DNA of 64,000 nt from Lophium mytilinum. Its lineage: Eukaryota. The translations under genes and the position numbers were made by a program. The first letter of the stretch is position 1, and each line of letters opens with the position of its first letter. Shown here one piece after another: positions 24,515 through 36,800 of this stretch. The DNA is taken from contig MU004192.1 of assembly GCA_010093605.1 (NCBI GenBank), forward strand, positions 938,882 to 1,002,881, written 5' to 3'. The notes beneath the pieces were generated by a model. It had not been told where the DNA came from. It did not search any database and was given only the letters and a program-made list of their open reading frames with translations.

Positions 24515-25041
24515 TCACAAGTCGATGTCGCCAGCGGGACGAGCAATGTTGGCACGCCAATGATGCTTGTTGACAGGGTCCTTCTGATAGACATTCAGCT
24601 CGAAGAATTTGTTGTGGGTAGTGCATCTGTAATTCTTGAATCTGCTTATCCGTTAGCAGTGCGCTTCGGTCGATACCAAATTCCATATACATGGGCCCTT
24701 GACAACTATCAGAAGAAAACTCACGAATTCAGCTTCTCATAGTTTTCCTGGATGAGCTGGTCCTCAGTGACCTCGATGAACGGCTCCGCTCCGTTCTTCC
24801 CCTTGGTGGCCACGAAATATCGTTTACTTTCAACTGTACCATAGTTGACCTGTCGGACAACTTGTACGACATAGGGGTATTCCAATTCAGATAGGAGGAG
24901 CGCCGAATTCTTATGGTCCTCGACAGAGCTTGCTATCGGGAATGCCGCCCACTGCACGAACTCTTGGAATTTCGACTCGTGACTCAGGAATCGAGACTTG
25001 TAAGGACCAACCTGGGAGCAGCAGAATATGGAACTCATCAT
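24515..25041 (-). CDS. small hypothetical protein (~146 aa), 1 intron
   Basis: Exon 1 ...VVQVVRQVNYGTVESKRYF...QENYEKLNS. Intron GTGAGT..GCTAAC..CAG. Exon 2 FKNYRCTTHNKFFELNVYQKDPVNKHHWRANIARPAGDIDL*. Confidence 0.8.
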
Positions 25042-26116
25042 GTCTTGACCGTGAATCTGATGTCAGCTGGTTCCTAGGTGGCCTATGGATTGGGGGTCAC
25101 ACCTTTCTCCGAATATTGCCTACTTCGTGGCTGTGTTTGAAGCAAAGGGAAGAGGGTTGACAAGATCTGGTCGACAAGATTTGGTCGTTATGATGCTTCA
25201 GGTAAGAGGGGAATCCAAGCTACTTTATATGCGCATTCAAGTTACGCGGCGCAAGATCTAACATGGCGCTTGGATTCAGGAAACCCTCATCGGGGCATGC
25301 CCAGCAGTGGCCAAGTCGTGTCCACAGACGTGCGGCCTATCATAACTTCAAATCATATACGGTCACTCCGAGACGGCAGCTCTCGACTGCAGTATGTCCT
25401 GCAAGACCTGACCGACTCTCAGCCAAACATGCTACTCAGTAGTCACCAGACACTTCACTATGCACTCAAATCCGCTAGGTAATATTTCTGGGACCTTTCG
25501 TAGCCAATGCTAACCCTACGGCGGCAATGAATGATGCCCAAGATCGAAAAGCAAGGCCGGTTTGGAACAGTCTAGCATGCCATCACTTCACCGGATCATA
25601 GCGAAGACGCATTCCGATAAGCCCTGGCCAGTCGGATGCGATAGTCATGACACCACCCAACAGTTTCTACACAGTAGTGACGCGAGCAGTATCCCGAGAC
25701 CGTCACTTTCATGCATGGCCATCTACCTCTGCACGGTCTTAGCGAGGTAAGAACATCGAACCAATCAACGATGCGGAACGCCCGAAAATTGAGCAAAGAC
25801 TAACGTCTGATTGGATATATTGACGAGTCTGAAAGTGGGGTCAAGGTTGGATGATGCCTAGCGAGACTTGGTTTTAAGACCAGATTGCGGCGGAGATGCT
25901 ATATAGGGTCTGGTGTTCGCATCCGATTCCACTCTCTTTCTTTCTCTTCACTGCGGCGCTGCTGCGTTCGTTAGTCGCCACTCTTTTGCAGTCACTCCCA
26001 TTCACTCCTTTCTTCACGTTGCTGTGCCTGGCCCTCCCTTTTTTCATTCGGTCTTTGAAGAAGTGACGTATTCGCTGCCGCGGCGCAAGAAAAATACACC
26101 CGGAGAAGTTTACTAG

Positions 26117-26801
26117 ATTTCGAGTAATCGGGCAGTAACTTATTTTGCTGATCACGATCATCTACATTCTGGGACCATCGATCCGTCACTGCTCGACCTC
26201 CGGAACTACCCACCCTTCCCCCCGCTGCAGCAAGATGACGCTTCTTCACCGAATGAGCAAAGGCATAGCATCGTTCCTCCCCTCTTCCCGCAAGATACCA
26301 GTCCCTCTTTTGAGAATAACCAAACCACACTCGAGCACGATCTGCCGAATATCTGCCACAACGCGACAGTTTCACAAAATGATACGCGCGGTCTACCTCA
26401 TAACTCGGCTAGTCTACAGCACGAAGCCGCCAACTCACAACCACCGGCGCGTGTCAGTACGACCACGCGGGTACCGCCCAGGCCCCTTCACGGCTGTCCG
26501 TTTTGTCCCCGGTCCTTCACCCCTAATACCTTGAAGTAAGTGCTCCTATAATCTCTCGACACTATAGCATTTCTCGATTTCCAGTCTGACTTATCTGTTT
26601 GCCAGCACCCATATTACAGCGGAACATATCATTCCAGGTCCAGGCCCCATCATCAACCCACAAGGTGTCAACACCGACAATCACGAGAACTTCAACGATG
26701 GGCCGCCATTCCACTGCCCTGTAGCTGGGTGCACGTACAGCCCTTCGAAGAAAAGTAATCTCGCTAGGCATATGAAGAGCCGGCACGTGCCGTGGGAGTG
26801 A
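26117..26801 (+). CDS. two-finger C2H2 zinc-finger protein, start codon not found; exons <26117-26535, 26606-26801
   Basis: Open frame with TIDPSLL. Finger 1 CPFCPRSFTPNTLN|THITAEH is split by intron GTAAGT..CTGAC..CAG (26536-26605). Finger 2 is FHCPVAGCTYSPSKKSNLARHMKSRH. Absent from the ORF track. Confidence 0.65.
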
Positions 26802-27380
26802 TTTGTAGCGTAGAATCAAAGCATATCCGCGTTGTCAACTAAGCCCATGTTACCGTGAATCGGATTATGCCATCATAATTCGTCTCTTGCCGGTGGTGCG
26901 CTAGGGATCAACTATCGTTTAATGCGATAAATCCTGGTTTAGAGTAAGTGTGGAGGCACGGGGCGTCCAGGGCGGATCCAAGATAGACACCGTTCCCACT
27001 GCTAATCATCATTGGACAAGAGCGTTCACGCCTAAGGCTTGAAACCTCTCACCGGAAGTGGGGCAAGGCTGTATTTTGCTGAGCCACCACCATTGCTGAA
27101 AGCTGCTCCTGTAATTGGATATTGCTGCATGAGACAACGCTTAGCCAATCGAGATCCCCCAGCCACGAATTTCGCTGTTTGACAACTCACTAGTCTCACC
27201 ACCTCATCTCTAACATCCATCAAACCTACACCTTGAGACTTGTCTTTCGACATTTCTACTGCCGATACATGAAAGCACAGCTATTGGTCAGTACCTAGGC
27301 GGCCGGTATTTGGGGTCGCTCATCCCATCGATTCGTCCTCTGCCTCGCAGTCAATTCATCAAATTCTCTCCCGTTTCGCG

Positions 27381-30300
27381 ATGTCAGGCGCTTCTGAAAT
27401 ATGGACGAAGAACTTCTCGTCGCGACATTTACAGCTCAGCCAGAAAGAAAAGATCCCGTTTGAGAAGGGTCATGTGCTAGGTCAGGGCGGTGTCAGCACC
27501 GTCTACGAAACGAAAATGGGAGGCATAGCTCTGGCCTGGAAGCGAACGTACACGAGAGTCATCGGAGAGACTCAGCTTAACGAGATGAAGATTCTACGAG
27601 AGATGCGACGGCACCAACACATTGTGGAACTTGTGGGGTCTTATATTCGTCACGGCAAGACTGGAGGCTTCCACGAAGTGGGGTTGTTAATCTGGCCAGT
27701 AGCCCATTGCGACTTCAGAATCTTCCTTCTGGAACTGGATAAACTCAGGGCACTAGTAGCAACGAATACCCTGATAGAACTTGAGGATGAAGAGGAGAGG
27801 ACTTGCCAATTTCTCGCTACCCTCATTCCTCATCAAGAACGGTTTCCGAAATCTCCGGCCGAAGTCTACAATGCCGTAATCAAGCGACTATGTACCGCCT
27901 TTGGCTGCATTGCTCATGCAATTGAATACCTTCACAGCAATAAAGTCCGACACAGAGACTTGAAGCCTGACCAAATACTCATCTCGCGCGATGGACTCTG
28001 GTTAACGGATTTCGGATGGTCGAAAGACGTCTCAAACCTCAGCACTAGCACTTCGGCCAATGGGGAGGTTATCAACAGGAAATACCATTCACCAGAAAGA
28101 GCGCAGATGCAACCTGCTGGCCGATCTGAGGACATCTTCAGCCTAGGATGCATTTTCCTGCAAATGGCATATGGTGTCGCTCAAATACCTTTACAACTGC
28201 TTGAAGAGCTCCGGGGTAATGGCGATAAATCTTTCCAAGCCAACCTCGGAAATGTGGATAAGTGGATATATCAACTGAGAAAAGGTGATTCAATGAAGCT
28301 ACGATTTTTAGCTGCCATAGTCAAGGATACTCTTTCGAAACAGCCGAAAGATCGTCCTGGGGCAGAAGAAATTATAGCTGTGCTGAAAGCTATTGACGCT
28401 CTCCCAATTGAGTCTGATGCTTTGGTCCGATGTTCTTTCGTTCACTCCTGTTGCTCGGCTTCCCGAACGATGAGTTCATCGAGCCAGTCTACCAAAATGA
28501 GAGAGCGTTCCATACTGAAAGACAAGGTTGAAGGCTTTTCAGATCTGTCCCAACTCTTGTATATGATAGCCGATAACAGTTTGGTCAGAGACTATGCAAG
28601 GGCAGTTTCTGAAGCTGCGGACAAAATGTTAGCCGAGAGGCGACACGGGCTCTCTATTTCCGGAGGAACAGCGATTACCTCTGTAGAGAGAAGTTCTCAT
28701 GGCCTGTCTGGTAACTACACTCCCAAAAAGTGGGACACACTCTATTCTACGAACCGAATACCTAGAGAACCAGAATCCTACGTCAACTGCAAAAGGAGCC
28801 TCAAAGCCTCCCAAACCGGAAGCATTACGCTGTTCTTCAACGACCAGGACGATGATCAACCTTTCGGCAAGTTCCAAGAGGTAAAACAGCTCTGCCAATA
28901 CGCCAATCTTCAAGATGTTGCACTTGGATTAGGAGCCGCGGGACAAAGACGGGTCGCGTGGGTTGATGATAGGAGCATTGTATTGGAAGAAAATGACGGA
29001 GTAAGTGGCGGGCACGTCAGAAAATGCCAGAACCCGTTGACCGCGACTGGCCTCCTTCGACACTTGAGCACACCGGTAAATAACGAATCTTGGCATCTGA
29101 GTTCCATAAGTAGCCTAACCAAAATATATCTAGAGGTTCAACAACACACAACTACCAGACGCGGACCGACGCTTGATGTAGGAATAATTTCTCCCAGTCT
29201 AAAGTAAATTGACTAACAAAATGTATCATCCAGCTATATACCAAACTTGGATCCCAACTTCATAATCGCCCTAGTAGAGACTGCACCATACCACCAAGTA
29301 CCTGCGCTAAGAGATGCTCTTCGCCAGTACCTAGCATTCGAAACATCAATGAGGGTCAAGGCTGTAAGGGTTCCTGTTACCTAACCCCTATACCCTATTG
29401 AATGAAACATAAACTGACTAGTCGTATTAATGCTGTTCACGATATAGCCCCCCATAGGGTATCCTGTCTTCCGGATGCAACTGCATATTCCGTTCTTCGT
29501 GCTCACAACATGCCCAATGCCAACGCCATGCGACCGAACTATACCAGCAGGCCAGTGGGTTGATATTTCGTTTTTGAACGGGCAGACGTTGAACCCCGTG
29601 CCTGGACCAAAGACTATATACAAATCACGATTCTCACTTATGATCTGTGGCTCGGACAACCAACGTTGGATTGCGTATGCTTTTGAGGATCGAGATTCTG
29701 AAGACGAAGCAATAGAAGAGGATGACTGTTCCTACGAGGTTATTCAAGAGGACTCAATTATCGCCGATGGTACGGACGCAAATCTACCAATTTGGGACCC
29801 GAGGGAATACTTCCTTCTGACTGTTGAAAGGCGCGGGAAGAATATTCTGGAAAAATGGGAAACTTTAATCAGTGCAGTTGAATCAAGAATCAATGATTAC
29901 GTACGTATAGTTCCATCCTCCCTTCCACGGTAGTTGACACTCGCAAAAGCGATCTCGCCATCCCGACTTCTTTTCACCCTATCTCGGAATTCGGGGAAAT
30001 GGTTCGACGAAACACGAAAAGGAGACTTTTGGCTGGGCACTTAGGGTGGTAACCCTCTTGAGTCACCTTTTGGAAGTTCTCACAAGGACGATCCAGACGT
30101 GGGAAAGATTCAGAGATCCTGAAAATGGAGACATTGGGTACTTTTACGACTCTGCCTCTCTGGGCTCTCCAAATACGAAATCGGAATCCTCGGGGAGATT
30201 TGTTCAATCCACACTCGGGAAGATCCGCGACACATTTGAGACGCTGGAAGAACGGCAGCGAATTCTGCAATCACTAAAACAGTCTTGCGATGATTCAATT

Positions 30301-30546
30301 AAGCTTGTAAGTGTAGATGCATTTGTCCTCTTCATTACCATACCATTATATATATTGGTCTTGCTAACATGTAGAAATATAAAGTATCAGTTGCGTCACA
30401 ACCAGGCTTCCATATGGAATTTCATGAGATCAATACCTACGATTCCGTGGAACCTGATATTCTCCATACCTAGGATATCGTGGGATTCGTGTTTTGCCCG
30501 CAGACAGCGCCCATTCCAAGGAAGAAACGATTTGGAGATGGTCTAG
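27381..30546 (+). CDS. Ser/Thr protein kinase domain fused to a CorA-like fungal domain; about 5 introns; 3' end uncertain (30473 or 30546)
   Basis: Kinase motifs LGQGGVSTV, AWKR, HQHIVELVGSY, HRDLKPDQIL, LTDFG, YHSPE, DIFSLG. The same frame continues, then splices to LPDADRRLI|YIPNLD...ALRDALRQYLAF...FRMQLHIPFF...WDPREYFL...TIQTWERF...GDIGYF. Confidence 0.75.
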
Positions 30547-31214
30547 AACCCCAAGGACCGCAACATCGATGTCATGGATAACAGATTCCCACAACGCCCA
30601 GATCCTAGAAGCCTAGATTTCAAATCAAGCTCTGGATTTTGACTTTGATTGTGCGGCTAGGGGTTCTTCACCGTCGTGCCTGATGTGTCAAGGCGCCTTG
30701 AGCACAGGCCTGATTCTCAGTCTCCCGGACGAGACACCAGGTTTGAGCCTGGATTCCACCCTCTTGACAACAGCGTGGAAATTCGAGGCTAAACTAGCCC
30801 TTGAGGCCTTTTAATGTCGTCTAGACTCAACGCTTTTTTGGCTGCCAAGACTTGCCATATTAGGATGGGCAAGCAATCACGGGAACTCTGGATGTCCCAT
30901 ATCCACGAGTGCGCTGGAGTTTTGGGCAAGGGTCTGAGGAAATTCGATCGTGATCTCTTTGCTGTCATCGTCTCATTTTTCATCTCTATAACTCTACCTG
31001 TCAGCCCACGAGCGAAATCTCAAGCAGCAATAGAAAGACCAAAAGAAGCTTAGACAAGGAGTAGTAACTAGAGTGTATAAAACTATCGCGAGACTTTACG
31101 CCTAACATACCCAGAACCAATAGCTCAGACCACCCTAAACGCCAGCCGCCATGCTATGCACACCCGAATGCCACGCTTCATGCCCGCATTGACCCAATTC
31201 CCCTTTCCCGTTGA

Positions 31215-33838
31215 TCACCCAACCACAGCTTTCATGCTCAAACTTTCCAAGAATCCGCTAAGATCCTCTTTCTTGACCTCAACAACGCAGTGCTCAAAGC
31301 TATCGATCTTTACACGCGCCCTCGTCTCATTAACGACTTCGTTGAACGCAAGTCCGAACCGATTTCTGCCGTAACCCCGCCGTTTCCTCGCCTCAGCCTC
31401 AGACCCGTCCTCATCGTCACTGATATCGCTCTCGTCGTCTTCCTCTTCGTCCTCGGTATCGTCCTCGATCTCGTCTTCGTCGAGTCCGGCGGCAACATTG
31501 CGGTCAATGCGTGCTTGCCGTTTCCTCTCCTTTTCCTGCTCCTTTTCCTCCTTCTTGCTCGCTTTGGCCTTTCGTTTGTCCTCCTTCTTCTTCTCTTGGT
31601 CCTTGGTTGCTCCGATCCCGCCTCCACTGCCTAGTCCGACAACTACGTAAAGCCCACGCGCCTCGTCTAGACCTGCTACGACAAGCTCACCCCCTTTCCG
31701 CCTCCCTTTGACGCCGTTGAGCTCGCCAATGGCTTCGGCGACCCACAAGGCGAGTTTGATCAGTGCACCGGGATGCGTGAAGAGCTGAACATCGGGGCCT
31801 TCTTTGACGACAGCCATGCGGAAAGCACGGAGATGGCGAATCTGTTTCTTTTCAATGAGGCTGGTACCTGTGCGGAGGATAGCGCGGTGGAGATGCTGGG
31901 CAGTAGTAATATGCGATACCAACAGATCTACCGACGATATGGCATCGTACGCCGTCCAAAAGCGAGCCGAGATGTGCTGCTGGGCGGTGTCTGAAGCTTC
32001 TACGACCTCGTCGTGTCCCGTCGTTTGAGATGCACCATTTCGGGCGCGGTCCTGAGATTCGAATTCGCTGGTTTGTTTGAAGTTTGTCGCATCGCCGACT
32101 TCGAGGATGGCACCGAGGACTACACCGGCGTCTATTGCACTAAGACATGCCTTCCAACCCCAACATCTTACGAAGCCCCACCCGTCTTTTGTCTGCTGTG
32201 AAGGTGGTGGGACGAGCCCATCGAGGCCATAGACAGGAGCAAACTTCAAGAGACGTTCCCGCAGCCCGCGCTTCAGTTCCATATCCATGTGCGTGTAGTT
32301 TTGCTTGCATTGTGTGAGACTCACGCCCATTTTGGCGAGAAGTTTGTGCAGTCTACGCCGCCCTGCATCACTCCAGATATGCAGTCGAGCCGAAAGGTAC
32401 GGAGAATGTAACATGCTATCGTAAAGACTCCAATGTCGAATCAAAAGAAACCGTGGTTCGGGGGACAACCGTATTGACATATCCGTGGGCGATCGCGCAT
32501 GCGTTGGTATCACGCCTCCAGAGTCCCCTAAACTGGTTTCGCGGGCTATGTCTTTTAAATCGATCGGATTAAGTCGGCGTACTTCGTCACGGAAGATACT
32601 TCGAACTCGTTCTCCTCGGTCACCATTCCAGCCAGAGGAGCCTCCAGCGGTCGAAAGTGGACTCAAGCTGACACCATTTTGCGTTCGACCATACAGCTCA
32701 AGACTGCTTACACCGACGATGGCTAGCCAAAGCAAGTCGTTGTCTTCTCGTCCGAGTTCCGAGGCGAGTGAGTAGACGATCGATGAGACTGGCTCCGAGT
32801 AAGACGCGCCGAGGGTGTAGTACTCTTCAATAGTCTTGTTGTGCTTTGCATGTAGTTTGATGAGTTCCCTGCGTAGAACCAAGGCAGATTTCTCCTTGGG
32901 CACGACTGGAGATGAAGATCGGCTGCGAGGAGAATCTGACCTAGAGAAATCTGAAGAGCCGCCGAGACGATGGGTGAGAAGACCACGCCGCGCCGGACGC
33001 TCTGCACGGTCTGGAGACGAGGGTATTGGGGATGACTGGGGCTGTTAGTCCACTGGTTCAACTCAAATGCAACAGCGTAACATACAGAATTACTTCTTCG
33101 CTTTTGCCTTGGAGGACCATCGTCATCGTCGCTGTCGTCTTCATCCATTCCCCACGATTTCCTTTTCTTCGGCGCTTGACCCGAGATAGGAGCGTCGTCT
33201 TCCATCTCGGATTCGGCACCGTCCAACGCGTCATCCACATCGCCGAGCTCAGGCATTTCCTCGAGACTACAGTACGCGGTTCTTTCCGCAGCAAGCTCTT
33301 CCTCGATGTCTCCGTCATCAAATATCACCACTCCTCCTCTCCCCGGCTTATAGGCTTGAGATATTCGGCCTTGGTCGAGTCCTGGTTGCGCTCGCACCAA
33401 TTCGCCGGTTTGCGGGTCTGGAAACAGAGGCGATCCAAACGCGTTGGTTAGGTTCCAAGGTCTTCTGGAATCCATGAGCCATATCTCGACCCCTCCAAAT
33501 CCACCCTCCCCGTTCTCGTCCACCTCCAGTCCCAGCTCGTGCTCCAAATCCACCATGCCTCCAACACCCAGACAAATGACAACACCACCACTACCTCCGT
33601 CCGTAGTTCGCATTGGTCGTACTAGCTCTTCTCCAGCACGGGTAAGGTCTCCATATCCGGCGATTGGTTGTATTTTGTGTTGTATATAATCGCGTTTCAA
33701 GAGCGCGGTCAGTATGCGGCATGCACACAGCGCGTCTGGTTCGAGAGCGACAAGGAGAAGGACGGGTGGTGAGAGAGTATGGTTCGTTCGGAGGAGGTGA
33801 AGGTAAAGTTGTGATATTAGTTCCCGTGGGAGATACAT
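31215..33838 (-). CDS. CDC45: DNA replication initiation factor Cdc45; intron 33036-33085
   Basis: MYLPR...VALEPDALCACRILTALLKRDYI.HKIQPIAGY, DSRRPWNL.N, FDDGDI, LIRHWSLYDSM, LLAKMGVSL, RNRFGLAF and IDSFE. Confidence 0.97.
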
Positions 33839-36800
33839 GGCGGAGAATGAGTCTCAATGGTCGCTGGTTTCACGCGCCGCAGAGAGGAAAACGCGTGTTT
33901 GGTAATGGATATTCAAAAGGCGGGCGGTTGCATGGCGTGGCTGATTGCAAGGTTGTGTAAAAGTGGAAGTAATTCCGTATGAATGCGTGAAAAAGGATAA
34001 ATGGTGAGTGCTGAGGGCGTCACAAATTTGGTGGTGAAGGGTTCCAAAGCTGGGAGAGGTGACCCGCAGAATGGCGACGCGCTCCCTGGTTCCCGCTCAG
34101 ACCACATTAGACGGAAACCAGCTATTTCAATCTTCGTGGCTCCGACATCCGACAACATGGCAGACACTATTCATTCTCTTTTTATCTCGACTGACTTACA
34201 TATTACTTCCATGCCATCACGAAGATGGCTTGAGCAGTAGTCTTCCAATTTCACGAGCGTAGTCGCGTGCTCAAAATGGAGGCACTAGGCATGAGTGATC
34301 ACATTTCTCAGCCTCGTATTCTACGATTCCTCTCAATCGTCCCCTCTTCGTTGTCATTGCACTGTGCCTAATCAGAATACTCGGCTTCGTTTCATTATAC
34401 TCAACATTAAGACGTGTTTTAAGCCAAGTCCTTCTCCATATCAAGATAGAGTACCTGCTAGACGAGCGCGGACTCGAACTTAACGGTGCCAATATCGTCC
34501 TGTGTCCATGGCCTGGTTATCATCACGAGTTTCCGGGGGTATTCGGAGCGAAAGGTGTTACCCTGTTTCCCGACTGTGATTCGTACTCTGATTAGCGATG
34601 CTGGAGTGCACAAGTACGTATTCAATTGCAAGTACCTAATTGGGAGGCTTTGTCCGACGGAGCGGCGTTGGCCAGAATTCAGAGCATGCTCTTCTCTGGG
34701 GTATTGGAGCGTGCTTTTGGTGCATCGCTCACATTCGACGACTACGTCTTCGCGTCCTTTGAAGGGCCGGTTCTTCGCACCACTGATCCAAGGCCTATCA
34801 TCAGGGGCTGGACCAGGATGCACTGTCTTATCGACTGGAGATTCAACCTTGAGGGCGCTTGCATACAACTCCTCACTTCTAATTGGAACCGCTGTCTTTG
34901 AACTTTTTAAGAAACTGTTCTAGCTCAGCAGCTTTATGTTGCGTTCAAAGGTCAGACCATTAAAGTGTAGGGCCTAGGGACGCGACTCTGATGTGGCAGA
35001 TGGCATATGTCCGAGACTGAAAAGAGAGCTCAAGCTGCTCGCCTATCCCGATCACACGAATCTCCCGTCACGCTGATGATGCTCCGGAATCGATCCAGCA
35101 GCGTCCGGAGAGATGAAGCACTACACATCGCAACGACGTTGGGCTTAGGTATGAAGTCTGTCGCCCGAGACTACCACAATACCTTTTTGCAGGACGATGA
35201 GTTAATGAACAACATCTGGCTTTAAATTGTGGAAGCTTACCGCGGTATTATTTCAGCGGAGGTAACCAGATTCTGTTTCCGGGATTTAGATTTGCCCCCC
35301 GGTCTTTGATGAATCAAGATCTACATAACGTGTATCGTGCCAGGACTATAACGGATCAACGATAATTGAAAGAGGCAGTTATGCAACTTGCCATGTAATG
35401 CAACTCAGGAGATTCGGAGAAAGCTATTGTCTTGCTAGTGAAGTCCTCGGATTCACTCTTCAAACGTTGAGTCTGCGTTTTCACCTACGTCGGTATGGAT
35501 TTGAGACATGCTCTTTTGACATCGTTGTGCTCAAGAGAGTCCCTCGGGAGGCAGGCCATCCTAGGCAAGGGACAGTGCCCAGCTTTTCATACTCGTGCCT
35601 ATTCTGGGTTACTCTGACAAGTTCCACCAAAACGGAAGGTCTAGAATGCATCTAAGGACGGATCCCGTCGAAGTGATAATCATTGGATAAGAGTTCAGGT
35701 TTTTTTTATCATCGTTCTCTTTACGAACCGATTCACTTCCTCATGCACGATTAGTAGACGAAGACTGATAGCATTATTTGTGCTATCGCGAAGGGTGTTG
35801 AGAGGTCTGATCTGAATGTTCCGTGTTTATTCTCTACGTTCATCACGCTGTGAGAAACTTAGTTTCTATGGGGTCGAGCGTGTGTCCGAGGCGGAACTTC
35901 CAAATCTGCAATTATAGAGACACATAGCTTCAAGAAGGCGTGATCTCTCAATGACTAGCTAAATATGGCTAATGGGAGGTGTGGCATCGGCAGTTAGCAT
36001 AGACACCGAAACGAATATCTGAAATTCGCCAGTCCCAGCAAAGTATATACGAATATATTCAGAGCTACGAAAAGACAACAGAGATTATGACTTTCACAAT
36101 AAGGTCCTGAGGCTAAGATCTAGAGTTACAACTTGATAGGTGCACGATGTTTGTTGGATATCCTTAAAACAAGGCTGCTCGGTAGTAATCACATGTTTTT
36201 CAACGCTGGGCCCCTTATCGTTAGCCTCAGGCTACGCCACGCGAAGCGGGTCACCACGTGGAAGTTTGATACAACCTCACCTCGTACCATCCTCAACATA
36301 ACTATAATATAAAATAAATACAACAACGCAACAGCTTGTTCAAGATTTCAGTGGTACATTATCGAGAACTGCAAGGCCTTCTCAGCGAAGAGTCAGCATT
36401 CCAAAGCCATCTATGGAAATTTTATGGGGCGCTCGCTTCACACACCAGAGTAAAGTGTTTCTGCTCCGCTCACAAATTTAACAACTAGATCTTTTTAGTA
36501 GACTTGCTAGATCCTTTGGCCAACCATAACTCATCATTAAAGCATACGTGCTCTAGCTTGATTGGCCGCTTGTGGCTCCGTGTGGGCTACCTTCCGAGAT
36601 GCCGTCGAGCATTTGAACTTGGCCCAATTGCAGAAGTCCCCTCATGCTAAGAATGACCAATGTAAGCATCTATTTACCGCAATAGCGCTGTTAAATGTAT
36701 GCAGAACAAGCATGTTATCCCCTTCCCCGTGTAGCGCAACGCTCGAGCCAAAGATTTTAGGACACCGTACTAAGCTGTACACAGCAGACGAACTTCGCTG

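Noticed and set aside
34458..34868. 136-aa minus-strand ORF
   Set aside because: TTG start, no recognisable domain and no convincing upstream exon; treated as part of the decayed region.
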